Notes under the pieces: generated by a model | What the model was told of the DNA's origin: nothing | The model's database searches: none | Seen by the model: the letters and a program-made list of their open reading frames with translations, nothing else | Position numbers and translations under genes: made by a program | Assembly: GCF_964204865.1 (NCBI RefSeq) | Contig: NC_135259.1 | Coordinates: 16,430,001-16,494,000, forward strand | Origin: Styela clava | Taxonomy: Eukaryota | DNA: 64,000 nucleotides | Direction: 5' to 3' | Part shown: one piece after another, positions 34,284 to 46,447 of the stretch | Layout: each line of letters opens with the position of its first letter | Numbering within the stretch: the stretch's first letter is position 1

Positions 34284-35035
34284 AGCGTTATATTAATACC
34301 CCACTTAAAACCAGTCCACGCATTGCAGTTTCGACATATAAACTCGTGTAGTTAGATTTATTGAAACCGCTTCATTAAAACCACCCAAACAATCAAACTT
34401 ATTATATATATAAAATATTGCTATTTATTACCAGAACAAACTAATCGACGGTGAACAAGTTTCTGCTGCTGAACAAAGTATGTTGCGGAAAATATTCTGC
34501 GGAATTTGGGAACATGTTTGTTGTCGGACTCGTCGAAGGCAACAAAGAAATCAAATAATATAATTTTGACCGTGAACTAGACAGACCTCACTTGCACGAA
34601 ACAACGGCGAAGAGGCAAGTTTCAGTTGGAACGCTATATTCCAATGGATATTCACAGGGTATGCCCTCGGAAAATACACATTATTTCTATTGTCACTGAT
34701 GTAAAACTTATTGGCTCTATGCCATTGCTTGCGAATGACGGACCTTTAGAGTGTAAGACTACATTAAGCCGTCAAGTCTGAATGGCGAATGCTTGCTTGA
34801 TGCCCGTTTGTGTTGAAGCTAGCACAAAATGTAAATAAATTATCGTCGGAGAGAAATTATTGTTGCGTTGTTTAAATATTTTCTGTTTCAAAATGACTTT
34901 TTCCTTCGTTGCTTGCGAGGATATTTTCAAAATCTATTACTTTTAATCTATTTCGAACGTATATCAAGCTTGAATAAAGTTTTCATTGACTCCGACGATT
35001 GCGACAAATTCCGTATTGAGACCAGGCGATCTCGA
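34284..35035 (+). repeat. Older, diverged direct copy of ~33136-33894
   Basis: Collinear similarity from AGCGTTATATTA through CCAGGCG.TCTCGA, with many substitutions and small indels. Confidence 0.85.
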
Positions 35036-35901
35036 CACTAGGAAATAAATAAATCCTAAACAAGTTTTCTCGTGGAGCTCCTCTTCTGAATTTGGTCAAC
35101 TGAATTTAGATGCTTGAAAATTTTTGGTTTTTTATTAACTACCCGAGATGATTTTCTCCACCTCCGATCTCCGACTTCAGGGCTCCTCGCCTTAGATATT
35201 TTCTGAAATCGCAGAACTATGAATCATAACTTAGCGTATACGTGGGTACATTTAATTTAAGCTGAAATAAATATTAAATATTTGTGAAGGCACCATGGAA
35301 AGAAAATACGCCGAGGCATCATCTGATGTACAATCTGTGAGATTCAAAAAACGTTTAATTAATTAAAATGAATTACAACCATAATGAAAATAGTAAGATT
35401 ATGCCTTTAAAATTTTAAAGTTTCGAGCTAATGAGAAAATAGTCCACGTTCGGGGACAATAGTCCTGTGCCTTCAGTAAAGAGACATTTCGCAATGATGA
35501 CTGCCCTCTGAATACAATAAATTGCATCGGCAAATAGTGTGGCGTGAATACTCGTTCAAGTTACTGATTAACTAAACTCAATATAAAGCGCAATTCACGT
35601 TAGTAAACTCTCATGTCAAGTTAGTAACAAAGGGACTAGCACAGGCGATAATCGAGTATCAGACAATGAAGCATAAATATGCAACTATTAAAGGGATCCA
35701 TGGCACATGGGCTTGATGGGAAAACCAGTCAAAAGTGAGAAAAATGATGGACAGATTTCCAACATAAAAAATAAGATGATATTGTAGATAGTAGAAAAAG
35801 AGAGAAATTTTATTTTTTTGTCGTAATGGCATGAGATTAAAATATTTCAAAATAAAACTATAATTCACAGTAAATTTTTTAGGTAAAATCTTGTAATCAT
35901 A

Positions 35902-38900
35902 ATGTTTCTCGTTACTACCACACTGGCGCTGGTTTTCATAACGGGTTTGGCCATATATTGGTATAGAAGAGATAGTCGATTGCCTGCCGGACCCAGAGGA
36001 ATACCAATATTTGGAATAAACCTATTCTTGGGTTCTGATCCAACTAAAAAGTTCATGGAATGGAGCAGGAAATACGGCACTGCATACACGGCTCGGTTTG
36101 GCAACATAGATATGGTAGTTCTCACCGATTATGACGTCATTCATGATGTGAGTAAAGTATTCTCTTATTGAACACGTTAGTAGACATAACGATCGTTTTG
36201 CATTTTATGCTGGCACTCTTTTTCTTCTTGTTGTTCTTTGTCACAGAAAAAAATCGTTTTTCTCTTTGATTACTGGACCATTCGCTTTGAAATTTTCAGT
36301 GCTCAAAGATTGAATTTTTATGTGATGTGATAATCAGCGAATCCGTTCTTATTTTTGAAAACTATTAGTTCGATATGATTATAACGGGACCTGTGGTTAT
36401 AGTGAGTTGATATCAATGAGGAATTTGTTAATAGAAAATTTAAACCTCATCACTGGTTAAAACATACAACATTCAGACAAACTATTTCCGTTTAATTATT
36501 GTGGCATGTATTCGTTAAACTGTTTTATTTTGTTGCAACAAAACAAACGAATTTCCATCGGCGTTCAGCAATAAAAGAAATTTTCCCTATTTATTTAAAA
36601 ACATAATATACATAAAGCCTGTTCCGCAAAAGAATGATAAAAATTAAGGTTTACACCTATCAATTAACAGGTTCATATACGCCAAGCATCTAAAATGGGA
36701 GCTCGACCTGAACTGACTGTACATGACGCATGCAACCAAGGAATTGGACTTATCTTTGCATCTCCAAAAATTTCGGATATCCACAGACCTTTTACAAGAC
36801 AAGCTATGAGAAGGTTGTAATTAATTTATCATCAACATCGATTCTTAATTTAAAATTTTTTCTCATGTAACAAAATCTGTTGGGGTATTTTTCTCAAAAA
36901 GTTTTTGATGCATTCAGCAACATTCAACAACCCCATTTAAAAGGACATATGGAAACACCACTCAGGCATAGAAACCGGTGCTAACCACAGAGTTATATAT
37001 TTCCAGTTAAGTGGTGACAACCAATTTAAGATAGGATTCACAATTTTATCCCAGAGGGGAGGGAAATCGATAAAACGGCTTAATCATATGGCGTACCACG
37101 ACCTCTCGTTCGGTTACCAGTCCCTGTCGGGTATGGAATTAGTTAGCCAATTATTTGTTTTCAAATGTATGAACTTGACTTTGCGGTTTGGTTTTGAATC
37201 CCCCAGGTGGTTACACTTTCCTGCTTGCCTAATTAAGCCACCTTTGACATACACTCACTAAACTCATAGGTTGGGACTCGGCAAAAATACAATGGAGACA
37301 AGAATACAGCAAGAAGCGTCGTATTTGGTTGAAGCTATCCGAGAAAAATCCGGAAAACCGTTCGATACGAGTGTAAGTCTTTCGACTTTAAGTGGTTCTT
37401 AACTAGACCAAATGCAATTTAATTACACTTTCAGTAGAGGTTATAACTCCCTACCCTTTACGATAGTGGGCCCATATTATGCTGCAAGGATGCTGTAGCA
37501 GGTATAAACATGACCATACTATGCAATTCAAGAGTCTTTGAACCGTTCTCCCGTAGCTTGTTTACCAGGGAAGGGTTGGGCAATAATTTTATTACGATTT
37601 TCCTTTTTTAAGTTCTATTACGAGTTCGGGGACTGTCTGTGTTAGCCAAATGAATATTCATAGATTTCAGTCTCTTTACACAACTTGATGTAAAATAGGC
37701 GAACAAAATTAGTTACCTCCATATTGGTACACATACTTCTGGAGCGCCCCTTGAATTTCATAGTTTAACTATAATTGTTGTGAGTTAGATAAAGCCTGGC
37801 TATAAAGTAATTATTTGTAACAAAGTTCTTACGTTATTTTACCGATTATTATAAAGAATACGTCTTCTAGGGAAGGCACCATCCAAATAGCGATTGGGAC
37901 CATGTCTACTGATTAGAATCTTTGTAAGGGAAGCTATATAGTTAAGTACGTATTATTTTTATTTTTAGCGATTATTCTTGCACACTGCATTCAATATTTC
38001 ATGTTTGAATACACTGGGTGAACGATATCCATACGATGATAAAATATTGCAACAAGTAGGATCGGAACTAGTAGACGAGTAAGATATAATATATTTGATA
38101 TTAAAATCTATGTTTATTTCTTAATGCATCGCCTTGCAAAATATCATTTGCATTGATACTTACGCCCTACAACCTAGACTGTATTTATTTAGCTACGAAG
38201 CGACGCACCGCCTTGCAAAACTACGTACCGCCTTGGAAAATATCATTTGCATTGATACTTATGCCGAACGCCCCCTAGCCTAGACTGTATTTACGAAGTG
38301 AATTTCATACCAATCTCGATTGTTTTTAATTTGACCTGACTATCGTTTTATGCGACCGTCTCAATGCCCTTAATCTTCATGATTGTCATAACTCTTGTCC
38401 GAAGTGAAATATGTAAATAAGCGTAGTATAAAAATGTGTAGCATACCTTTCATAATATCGCATCTTTTTCATATTGTTATTTTAGCTCTTATTCTTACGT
38501 ATTCTAGTTTTATTTATCCAGTAATTCATTGTATTATTATCTACAGAGTACGACACTATGGAAAATATATATTTCTCATTGGATCTTCCAAGTATTTGCC
38601 TTATTTCGCTCCATTCAAAACTTCAATGCAAAACTACATAAACGATTTCAATCATCTTGCTGGTAAGAATATTTTTGTTATGCCGATAGAGATCATAGAT
38701 ATTACACCATCAACACAGATCGCTTTGGCAAGTATAAATAAATAAATGTCTGCATTGCGGTGCACATTATGATATGACAGTTCGAAGGGTGTCGCCGCCA
38801 GATTGCAGATTGGTTCTCGGTTCTCTCATCACCCTGAAGTGTAATTTTTTTAATTTCTGTATGTAGAGTGCGTAAGCCTACTTCCAGCATGGTGAATAAA

Positions 38901-41400
38901 TAAATTACTGGTTACTGATTGGAAAATTGCGCATGTCTGCCTGCCTAGGAATCTTGTTGTCGCAACTCTGCACCACACAAAGCCGCATAGGCGTGAATCA
39001 GTTCACTCAATCAGCTACACTCAATTTAACTATAAACACAAACAAAACTGTAACAAACAAAATTTTGAGAAAGGTAGTTTGGAAATGAAAAAAATAAACG
39101 TGGTTGAACATACCTTTTACAGAATATTTTGAAAAAAAGATCAATGAACACGAAAGCAGTTACGACGAAAACGAAATGCGAGACTATATTGACATTTTCC
39201 TACAAGAGATGAAGAAGGATGAACATGATCCATCATTTAATGTGAGAAAGTAATTAATAATTTTGTGTGAAGTGTGTTGCACATGCCATGTTGCATTTGC
39301 CATGCCAACTATTTTTGTCCCAGTCTAATATAATGGGGAAATGGTTTTTGTCGGAAAACTTGCTATTATTATATATAATATTAATTTATATTATTACAAA
39401 ATTCCTTAATCGGTATTGTTATTTCGTATAATAATACTAAAACGGGAGTGCGACTTGCATGCATGCGAGGTCGCTTGCTTCCGTTGTTATGAACGAGACT
39501 CGGATATTCGGGTCGCCTGAATGTATTTTATTTTCGTATTCTCTTAGTATTTAATGTTCGACTTTTCTTTACTTAGTAAAAATTGATGTTCGACTTCCTT
39601 ATAGATGACGATGCTCGATAATCATTACTGGTTTATCGCGTTTCCTTCACACTGAAATACATTTTTTCTTTATCCCATTTGTACAATGTGTATTTTAGGC
39701 ATGTGTAAAAATAAACTACTGATGCTGCGCATAGCACCGCTAACGATCCATTGAAAATTGTAAAAATAAAGTAAGTTTTATATATAGCGAGGGAGGAATG
39801 AAGAATTCCGACATAGGCAAAGAGAAGAATTTATTGAAAAACTTTGGGAAGCGATGTAGCCTATTAGGTTATACTAATACTGACATGGGCAAACTACTGC
39901 CCGCTGGCCAAATCCGGCCCTTTGGGTTTGCCACAACCAACCCAAATGTTTTAGCAAAATAATATCTTGAAAAATTTGTTGCGATTAAATTTAGGTTTGG
40001 CGCGAATCTTATTGTTTTCCACTTTTGCTTTTGTAACACTGTAAATATTGGTCATAAAACGTAACTTTTTTGCGTCACACTTACATAGACCGCCAGTTAA
40101 GGTGGGCAAAATTTTCGGCCCCTGCTTCAAAAACGTCTCCTACCCCTGTCCTAATATATCAATATTTTAAAACAGTAATATATTATAATGCTTTTGGTTC
40201 AGTCGTATTTGCCTGTATTAGTTGTGATATTGACTACGAATCTGAAAGATTTTAAAATTTCACGCAGAAACGTCAATTACTGGTTGCTTTGCATAATATG
40301 TTGGACGCAGGATCACAAACTTTGTCATGTACTCTCACATGGTGCATGATTGCCTTGATCAAGTATCCAAAATATTACAAGATTCTTAGAGATGAAGTCG
40401 ATGCCGTTGTTGGTAAGTGTAACGTCAATTCGCCAATAGTTATACCAACACTTTGGAAGCTTTCCCTTCAACACTGCGATATTCTAACCAACCCTAATAT
40501 ATTAAAATAGAAACGGACTGATAGTCTTTGATAACTTAATTCAACTGTTTCGTAACTACAGTAAATACTTGAACCTAGTATTTTACCTTGCATGTGGGCG
40601 ACTGAATTGATGAATTACTTGAAATTTTAAACATATTAGGTATTTATGAATGAATATATGATTCATTTTGACACATTGTTTCTAACAATTTCAAGGAAGT
40701 GGAAGAAAAGTTTCGCTATCGGATCGTAAAAATATGCCACAAACCCTAGCATTTTATCGCGAGTTGATGCGTCGATGCACACTTGTAAAATCTTTCTTCG
40801 GGAGAACTATTGTGGATGGTGTTGATGTCAATGGATACAAATTACCAAAGAATACTACGGTAAAAAAACTATTTTTGAATTTGTACCAAATCATAAAAAT
40901 ACATGCCTCAGTAACATGGCTATTCGCACACATAGGGTACTATTGTACCTTCGGTTGGCAGTAGGCTACATGCGCTAAAGCGAATGCTTCAAAACGTATC
41001 CTATTTTTGGTAGTGTGTCGAAATTCAATATACTTTCTCAAACACAATCGGCCTTTATATTATTATTTCCATTTAACAGATTCAATCAGTCACTTGGTCA
41101 ATTCATAACGACCCGAAGTGTTTCCCCGACCCAGACAAATTTCAACCGGAAAGATTTATAAATCTTAAAGATGGAACGTTCCAGAAGTCAAAATATTGGA
41201 TGCCATTTGCCATTGGAAAGCGTAATTGCATTGGCGATCAACTGGCACAAATGGAGCTTTTCATTCTGCTAGTTTCGTTGATACAAAATTTTGACATTTC
41301 TGTTCATGGCGGTACAAAAATTCCTTCCCTTGACGATGGAGTAGATGGAATTGTTTTTACTCCCCCAGCACTGGACTTAGTATTTACCAGTAGAGAATAA
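35902..41400 (+). CDS. Cytochrome P450, CYP2 clan, 9 exons
   Basis: Exons approximately 35902-36147, 36671-36813, 37270-37372, 37969-38078, 38547-38662, 39123-39241, 40268-40412, 40696-40859 and 41080-41400 splice in frame. N-terminal TM plus PAGPRGIPIFG, GLGK..METRI..GKPFD, RDYID.FL, I-helix AGSQT, ExxR (ELMR), PERF and heme motif PFAIGKRNCIG. Confidence 0.93.
37030..37180 (-). mobile_element. Partial copy of a SINE-like repeat
   Basis: Reverse-complement similarity to the 3' half of 59824-60135 (ACTGGCTAA..CATAC.CGA..GGTAACCG..GTGAATCCTAT). Confidence 0.55.
37544..37748. mobile_element. Merlin-like MITE
   Basis: Same family as 47799-47961. Ends TGGTACACATACTTCTGGAGCGCC; degenerate TSD CTTTGAAC/CCTTGAAT. 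Confidence 0.7.
39880..40148. mobile_element. Charlie-type hAT MITE
   Basis: ATGGGCAAACTA..GGCCAAATCCGGCCC 5' signature, ends CCCCTG; TSD TACTAATA/TCCTAATA. Confidence 0.6.
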
Positions 41401-42161
41401 ATCAAGGCAAGGATATGTCATTGAAGGGTCTTGACGATTATTTAGGCTAAATTAAAGACGGGAGAAACCTGTATATCTTTCAAAATAAACTCGTATATAT
41501 ATCGTGATTTTGTCTAGGCCTGTTTCGATGAATATTAAAAACACGATCTTGATATGTATTGGAGTAGTGACGATGACATCATACTGACAAATTGGCCGAC
41601 CTAACTGTAAATAGTATTTAATAACGAGATAAGTCGCTCAGGTAGCGTTAACGCGCATCTGAGAGGGCGTCTACCCGCAAATACCGATTGTTCAAGACTT
41701 TGAAGTCAATACAATCACACCAATTCCACACTACAAGTTTTTTGTCAACTTTTTCGTTTTATACTGCACTGACAAGTGCCAGTCAACGGGTGAGTGCAGC
41801 GACTGAACTGTTTTTTTTTTGGAGATACCAGTTACGAAAGTACGGAAAACATATGTTCGTTATAATACTCGTAAAACAGGGAACGATTCGACAATAGAAA
41901 ACTTTGTAGTTTGGAAGCCAATTAACCATCAAGCAAAATAAGCACCTGCCTATTGAGCGCCAAGGGAAAGTGGGGACACATAAATTTCTATAGACGACCT
42001 GCAATAGAATCCCGATGAATGCATTTATTTTAGTAGAACAGAAAATTGATGGACCATATCTTATATTACATTGACTGGCTCCATAATAATCCGGGGGAAG
42101 ATGGCGTTTGGTCTCGCCGTATTTTCAGAATGACTATTAAGGTAGTCTACAACATCGCACG

Positions 42162-42652
42162 CAGTGGCGTAGCATCCACCCCCGCAACCCCCGCGGTCGC
42201 GGGAGGGCCCACAGCGCAAAGGGGCCCAAGCGGTTAGAATTTAGAAATTTAAGCCGCAAAACCCAAAGCTGCATTGCAAAACCAGTAATGCACATTCTAT
42301 AACGTTGATGTTAGTTCTGCTCAAACCGTTTTGTTACGTAACTATGCCAGGTAATCGTCGATTTTCGGCGTCTTGTGGTTTGATCGCACCGGCAAAATTA
42401 CGAAGGCTGTCAGAATGATGTCGAAAGCAAAACCTGCAGAAAAGGGGCAGAAGAGGAAGCACGTATGAAAAAAATTAAAGTAACCAAGATAAACGTCAAA
42501 TTTTAGGTTACCATTACCTTTTAATAGAGACATGTTGTGCTTTTTAACGAAATAAAAAAAAGCGTTGTTTTAACTTATGTCCGAGAGTTTTTAAAGTCAT
42601 TTCCACGAAATATTTTTGCGGGGGGGCCCACGAGAGTCTTGCTACGCCACTG
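42162..42652. mobile_element. hAT MITE (491 bp)
   Basis: Perfect 12-bp TIR CAGTGGCGTAGC and perfect 8-bp TSD ATCGCACG (42154-42161; 42653-42660). Confidence 0.92.
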
Positions 42653-44112
42653 ATCGCACGCAATTGATAACCTGCTTTCCAGTCTTAGTATTCCCTAACT
42701 GACAGTAGGAAATTTGGTTTGTAGATTCACACCCTTAACTTTGCCCCTTGTCGCCGATGATTGTATAATAACGCATTTTCAACTGAACTACAGTCAAAAC
42801 GGGATATCATATTATTTGCACAAATGTTCACACATTCAGTATAGGTAAAGCAACGTACACGATAGTCCCAGATGAACGCCTTTTAGTCACGGAATGAATA
42901 ACCTGCTTCAAATCAACGCTGTATGTTTAATGTAATTTTGGGGGGTAATTAGCCTCGCTGTGGGCTGCCAAGCGTGACGTTGTTAATTAAGTAAGATTCT
43001 GATACAGTCGGTCCTCGTCAGTAACGGTGGCTCAGGGGAAGCGTAGACTCGTTGTTAAACATCAGGCCAGGTATAAAAGTGGGTTCAAACCCCACAGGTT
43101 AGACCAAGTTGTAGGGAAGGAAAAGCAGGCAGGGCCAGTGGTCGAGGAAAGAAAGCGGGCTGACGGGCGAGAGAGCCAAGTTGTAGGGAAGGAACCGCAG
43201 ATACGACAAGGAAAGTGGTTGTGAAAAGATAGCGAGTCGACGCAAAGAGACAGGCGAACAAACAGTCTAAATCTAAAGCGAATAAACATGCAAGTAACAG
43301 TTGTAGAGAAGATGAAGTAAATCGGGACGACGCCAAGAGAGCAGCAGTAGAGAAACAGTCAAACGAGAATAAAGATGGCGTGAGTAAAGTATGGAAGCCA
43401 GAGGGATGGGTACAGCGCGGCAGACCACAGGCCGCAGGGATGGGACAGCAGAACGAAAAAGTTGCCAATAAAAGAAAGCGGTCCCGATGACGAGCAGCAA
43501 TAGCAAAAAAACAGTTGAAGTGAGAATAAAGATGGTGCCAGAGGCAGCACGGTAAGTTGTGGTGAAGACAGAAGAGAATAATGGTAAAAAATAAAAGCTA
43601 TAGAGGAGTCACGGTGGCTGGCAAAGAGGGGGAGGGAGGCCAGAAGCAAAAAAAGAAACTAAAGGAGAGGACCAGAAAGTCAGCAAAAAGTAAAAAAAAA
43701 AAATATTTAAAAATATTCGTGGCCCCTCAATTAGTAAAACGGTGATCATATACAATCGGCTCGGATTCGATCGATCGGATCGGATCGGATATTCGATAAT
43801 CTTTGGGGAAAATGTTTCAGGGATAAGATTGTAAATATCTAGTTTAAAGTATCATCATTTTGAAATATTCATTGATATAAAATATACGGCCACAATATGA
43901 AAAGTTTAGATAAATGAATTCCCGTAGGCATGGCAAAGAATGAAAAAGTGAAAATTTTATTGTTGCTATTTCTTGAATTTATATTGTTTAGAATGGCTTG
44001 GCTGTAACGATGGCTATAACTTCTCGAGAACATAGACTGTGATTATTTTACATTTTACTCACCGCCAATAACAGTATTTCTATAATTAAATTACCCGATC
44101 TTTTTACTAGAT

Positions 44113-44965
44113 CAGGGTTGTCGGCCTCCCGGGCCACACTATTAATTTTGTATTGTTCGCGGGCCACAATACTGTCAAGAATAAGTAAATACACTTTTAT
44201 TGTTTGAACACATTGATTATTATTTATCAAGCCAACCAAGAAACGCAAAAACCACTCATTAAAACATGCAAAAATCTTACTGTATCTGGCGTAAGACTTC
44301 AAACTCTTCATATTGGAAAAAAATGTCATAAGGCGAAAATGTCCTTTTAGATTGTCACCAATACAACATGCAGACATATTAGGCAAGAATTGTGGTATCT
44401 CCTCACTCGTACGGTCAAAAATCTGTTTGAATTGGCCAGTTTTCTTCTCAAACTCATGTTTACAAAATAACTGCATATTTATTGATTACCAAATGTGAGG
44501 TACAGAATGGTAATTACTAAATTTTTTGACATATAGGCAGCATTTTTTGTAATACTGTTTAGGCTGGTTGCAAAAAACACTCGGCAGAAATTATATTGTT
44601 TGGCGATTACATTAATATTCAGTTATCAGACATAACCAACCTAGGCGAATAGGTTCCTCATTTGATTTTTAGTGTTTTATGAAGCCTTTTTGTTAGCATA
44701 TATCCCCGATAAAAAAGGAAGCCAGTCTACAATTCAGACTAGCCAAGCAAATTATACAACTGCGCTAGTAGTATCAGCTAGCCATAACACTAGTCAATTC
44801 AGTAACATTAGTGATGTGACAATATGGCAAAAGATTTTTCTGGGTATTTTTATGACGAAACAACACCAAATGTGATTTTTTTGTAACCCCGAATATTGCG
44901 ACGAGGGCCCCATAATGAAGCGACGGGCCACTTGTGACCCGCTGGCCTGGGTTTGAACCACCTTG
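44113..44965. mobile_element. Internally deleted Charlie-type hAT element
   Basis: CAGGGTTGTC...GAACCACCTTG termini; TSD TACTAGAT/AACTAGAT. A decayed hAT dimerisation-domain-like remnant may lie on the minus strand near 44400-44520. Confidence 0.65.
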
Positions 44966-45299
44966 AACTAGATATTAGAAGTAAACCTTGGGTGTCGCTG
45001 CTCGATAACCAGATTTCAGTCTCCGCAGCTTCCCTTCCAAAGTAAAAATGTATGATTATCTCTAACAAAAATGTTGTAAATTACGTGACAGTTTCGTATG
45101 GCAGTACGGTAGCAGAAGTAGTGAAAGTAGCCCCAGAAAGTCAAGTTTATTTTATCCAACCAGTGAAAAAAAAAATAATATATTCAAATATGTTGTGAAT
45201 CAGAATTAGTTTAATTCAAATTGATACAAATCCCGTAGGAAGACAAGGTACCGTTAAATATACTCATACCTTCTTGTGGGAACCACCAGTTGTCGACAA

Positions 45300-45630
45300 T
45301 TTTATCACATGGTCTTTCATTGCGCATGCGCGCTTACGTCACGTGAAGGTTCGTCGGCGACTCGTGGTTTGGGAATCTGCGCTTTACAGCTTTACTGAAA
45401 AGTTCGCAGAGGGAGCAGGGTACTGGTACAGTTATTACGGAGTATTCCTGAAATTGGTAATAAGTACCGCAGACATAAGATACTGCAAGTTGTAGTGGAG
45501 CATACAGAAGTTTTGTGCAAATACGTGCTAAAATTGCATGTCTGTTTGAAAGCTTAAATTTCGCTGCACGCGTGTCGGCGTCTGAGCGTGCTGTGCTATC
45601 AAACAAAGCTTGGCGCCATTTTGTTGAGTG
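45300..45630 (+). promoter_or_regulatory. Putative housekeeping-type promoter of the RS-rich gene
   Basis: CpG-richer segment with NRF1-like TGCGCATGCGC (45321), CACGTG (45340) and YY1-like GCGCCATTTT (45613). A donor GTAAGT follows at ~45765. Confidence 0.45.
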
Positions 45631-46447
45631 CCGATTTGATCAGGTTTATATTGGAAGACCACATCAACCTGACAAGAAAGGGATCTACATTTGGAATCTC
45701 TATTGATGGGAAACTCGGGGAATTGGATTTATTCTGGGATCTTCTTATTTTAGCTGATTTTGTCGTAAGTAAAACGTGTTTAATGTGTATTTATTTTTGA
45801 AAAACTATATACTGTACAGCCATATTTCTGTATTTTCGATACTCAATTCGAACGAAGTTTTGTTTTCTTCTACCAAGAAAATAATGCTCACTGTCTTCAG
45901 TTTTCTTTCAGGTTACCTTATTTAATTTTAAGTTGCTATTATATAAAAATTTGCTTAATTAGGATATAAATGCTAAAATCTTACAAATGGACACTTCTGA
46001 GATAACACACATGAATATAATGTGTCACTTGGCATATAACAAGTGGCGCAAAAGCTTGGGTAAGTAATGATTTGTAATTGGTATGGTTCTCCCCGGCCCA
46101 GATTTCATATATTATTAACACAGTAAAAATGAAAGTGAATTTTGATGTAATGCAATGCTATTGGCAGTATTATAACCATAATGTCAGAACTTGAATTAAA
46201 ACTAAAAATTTGCAAGTCTTAATTTCTGAATTTTAGCGTTGATGAAAAGTGAACGTCACAAGGAAAATGGTAATTTTTTATTTAATGGTATTCCAGTTAA
46301 ATAATTTCATGCCATATATTTATTAAAGCCAACTGTCAAATCAGCTATTACATTTTTCATTGTTGAATTCATTTTTTAATTTTTGCTCTTTTTTTTAATG
46401 GTTAATTTTAGTAGCAATACAAAGATTGAGACACCAGTTGCGAAGAA

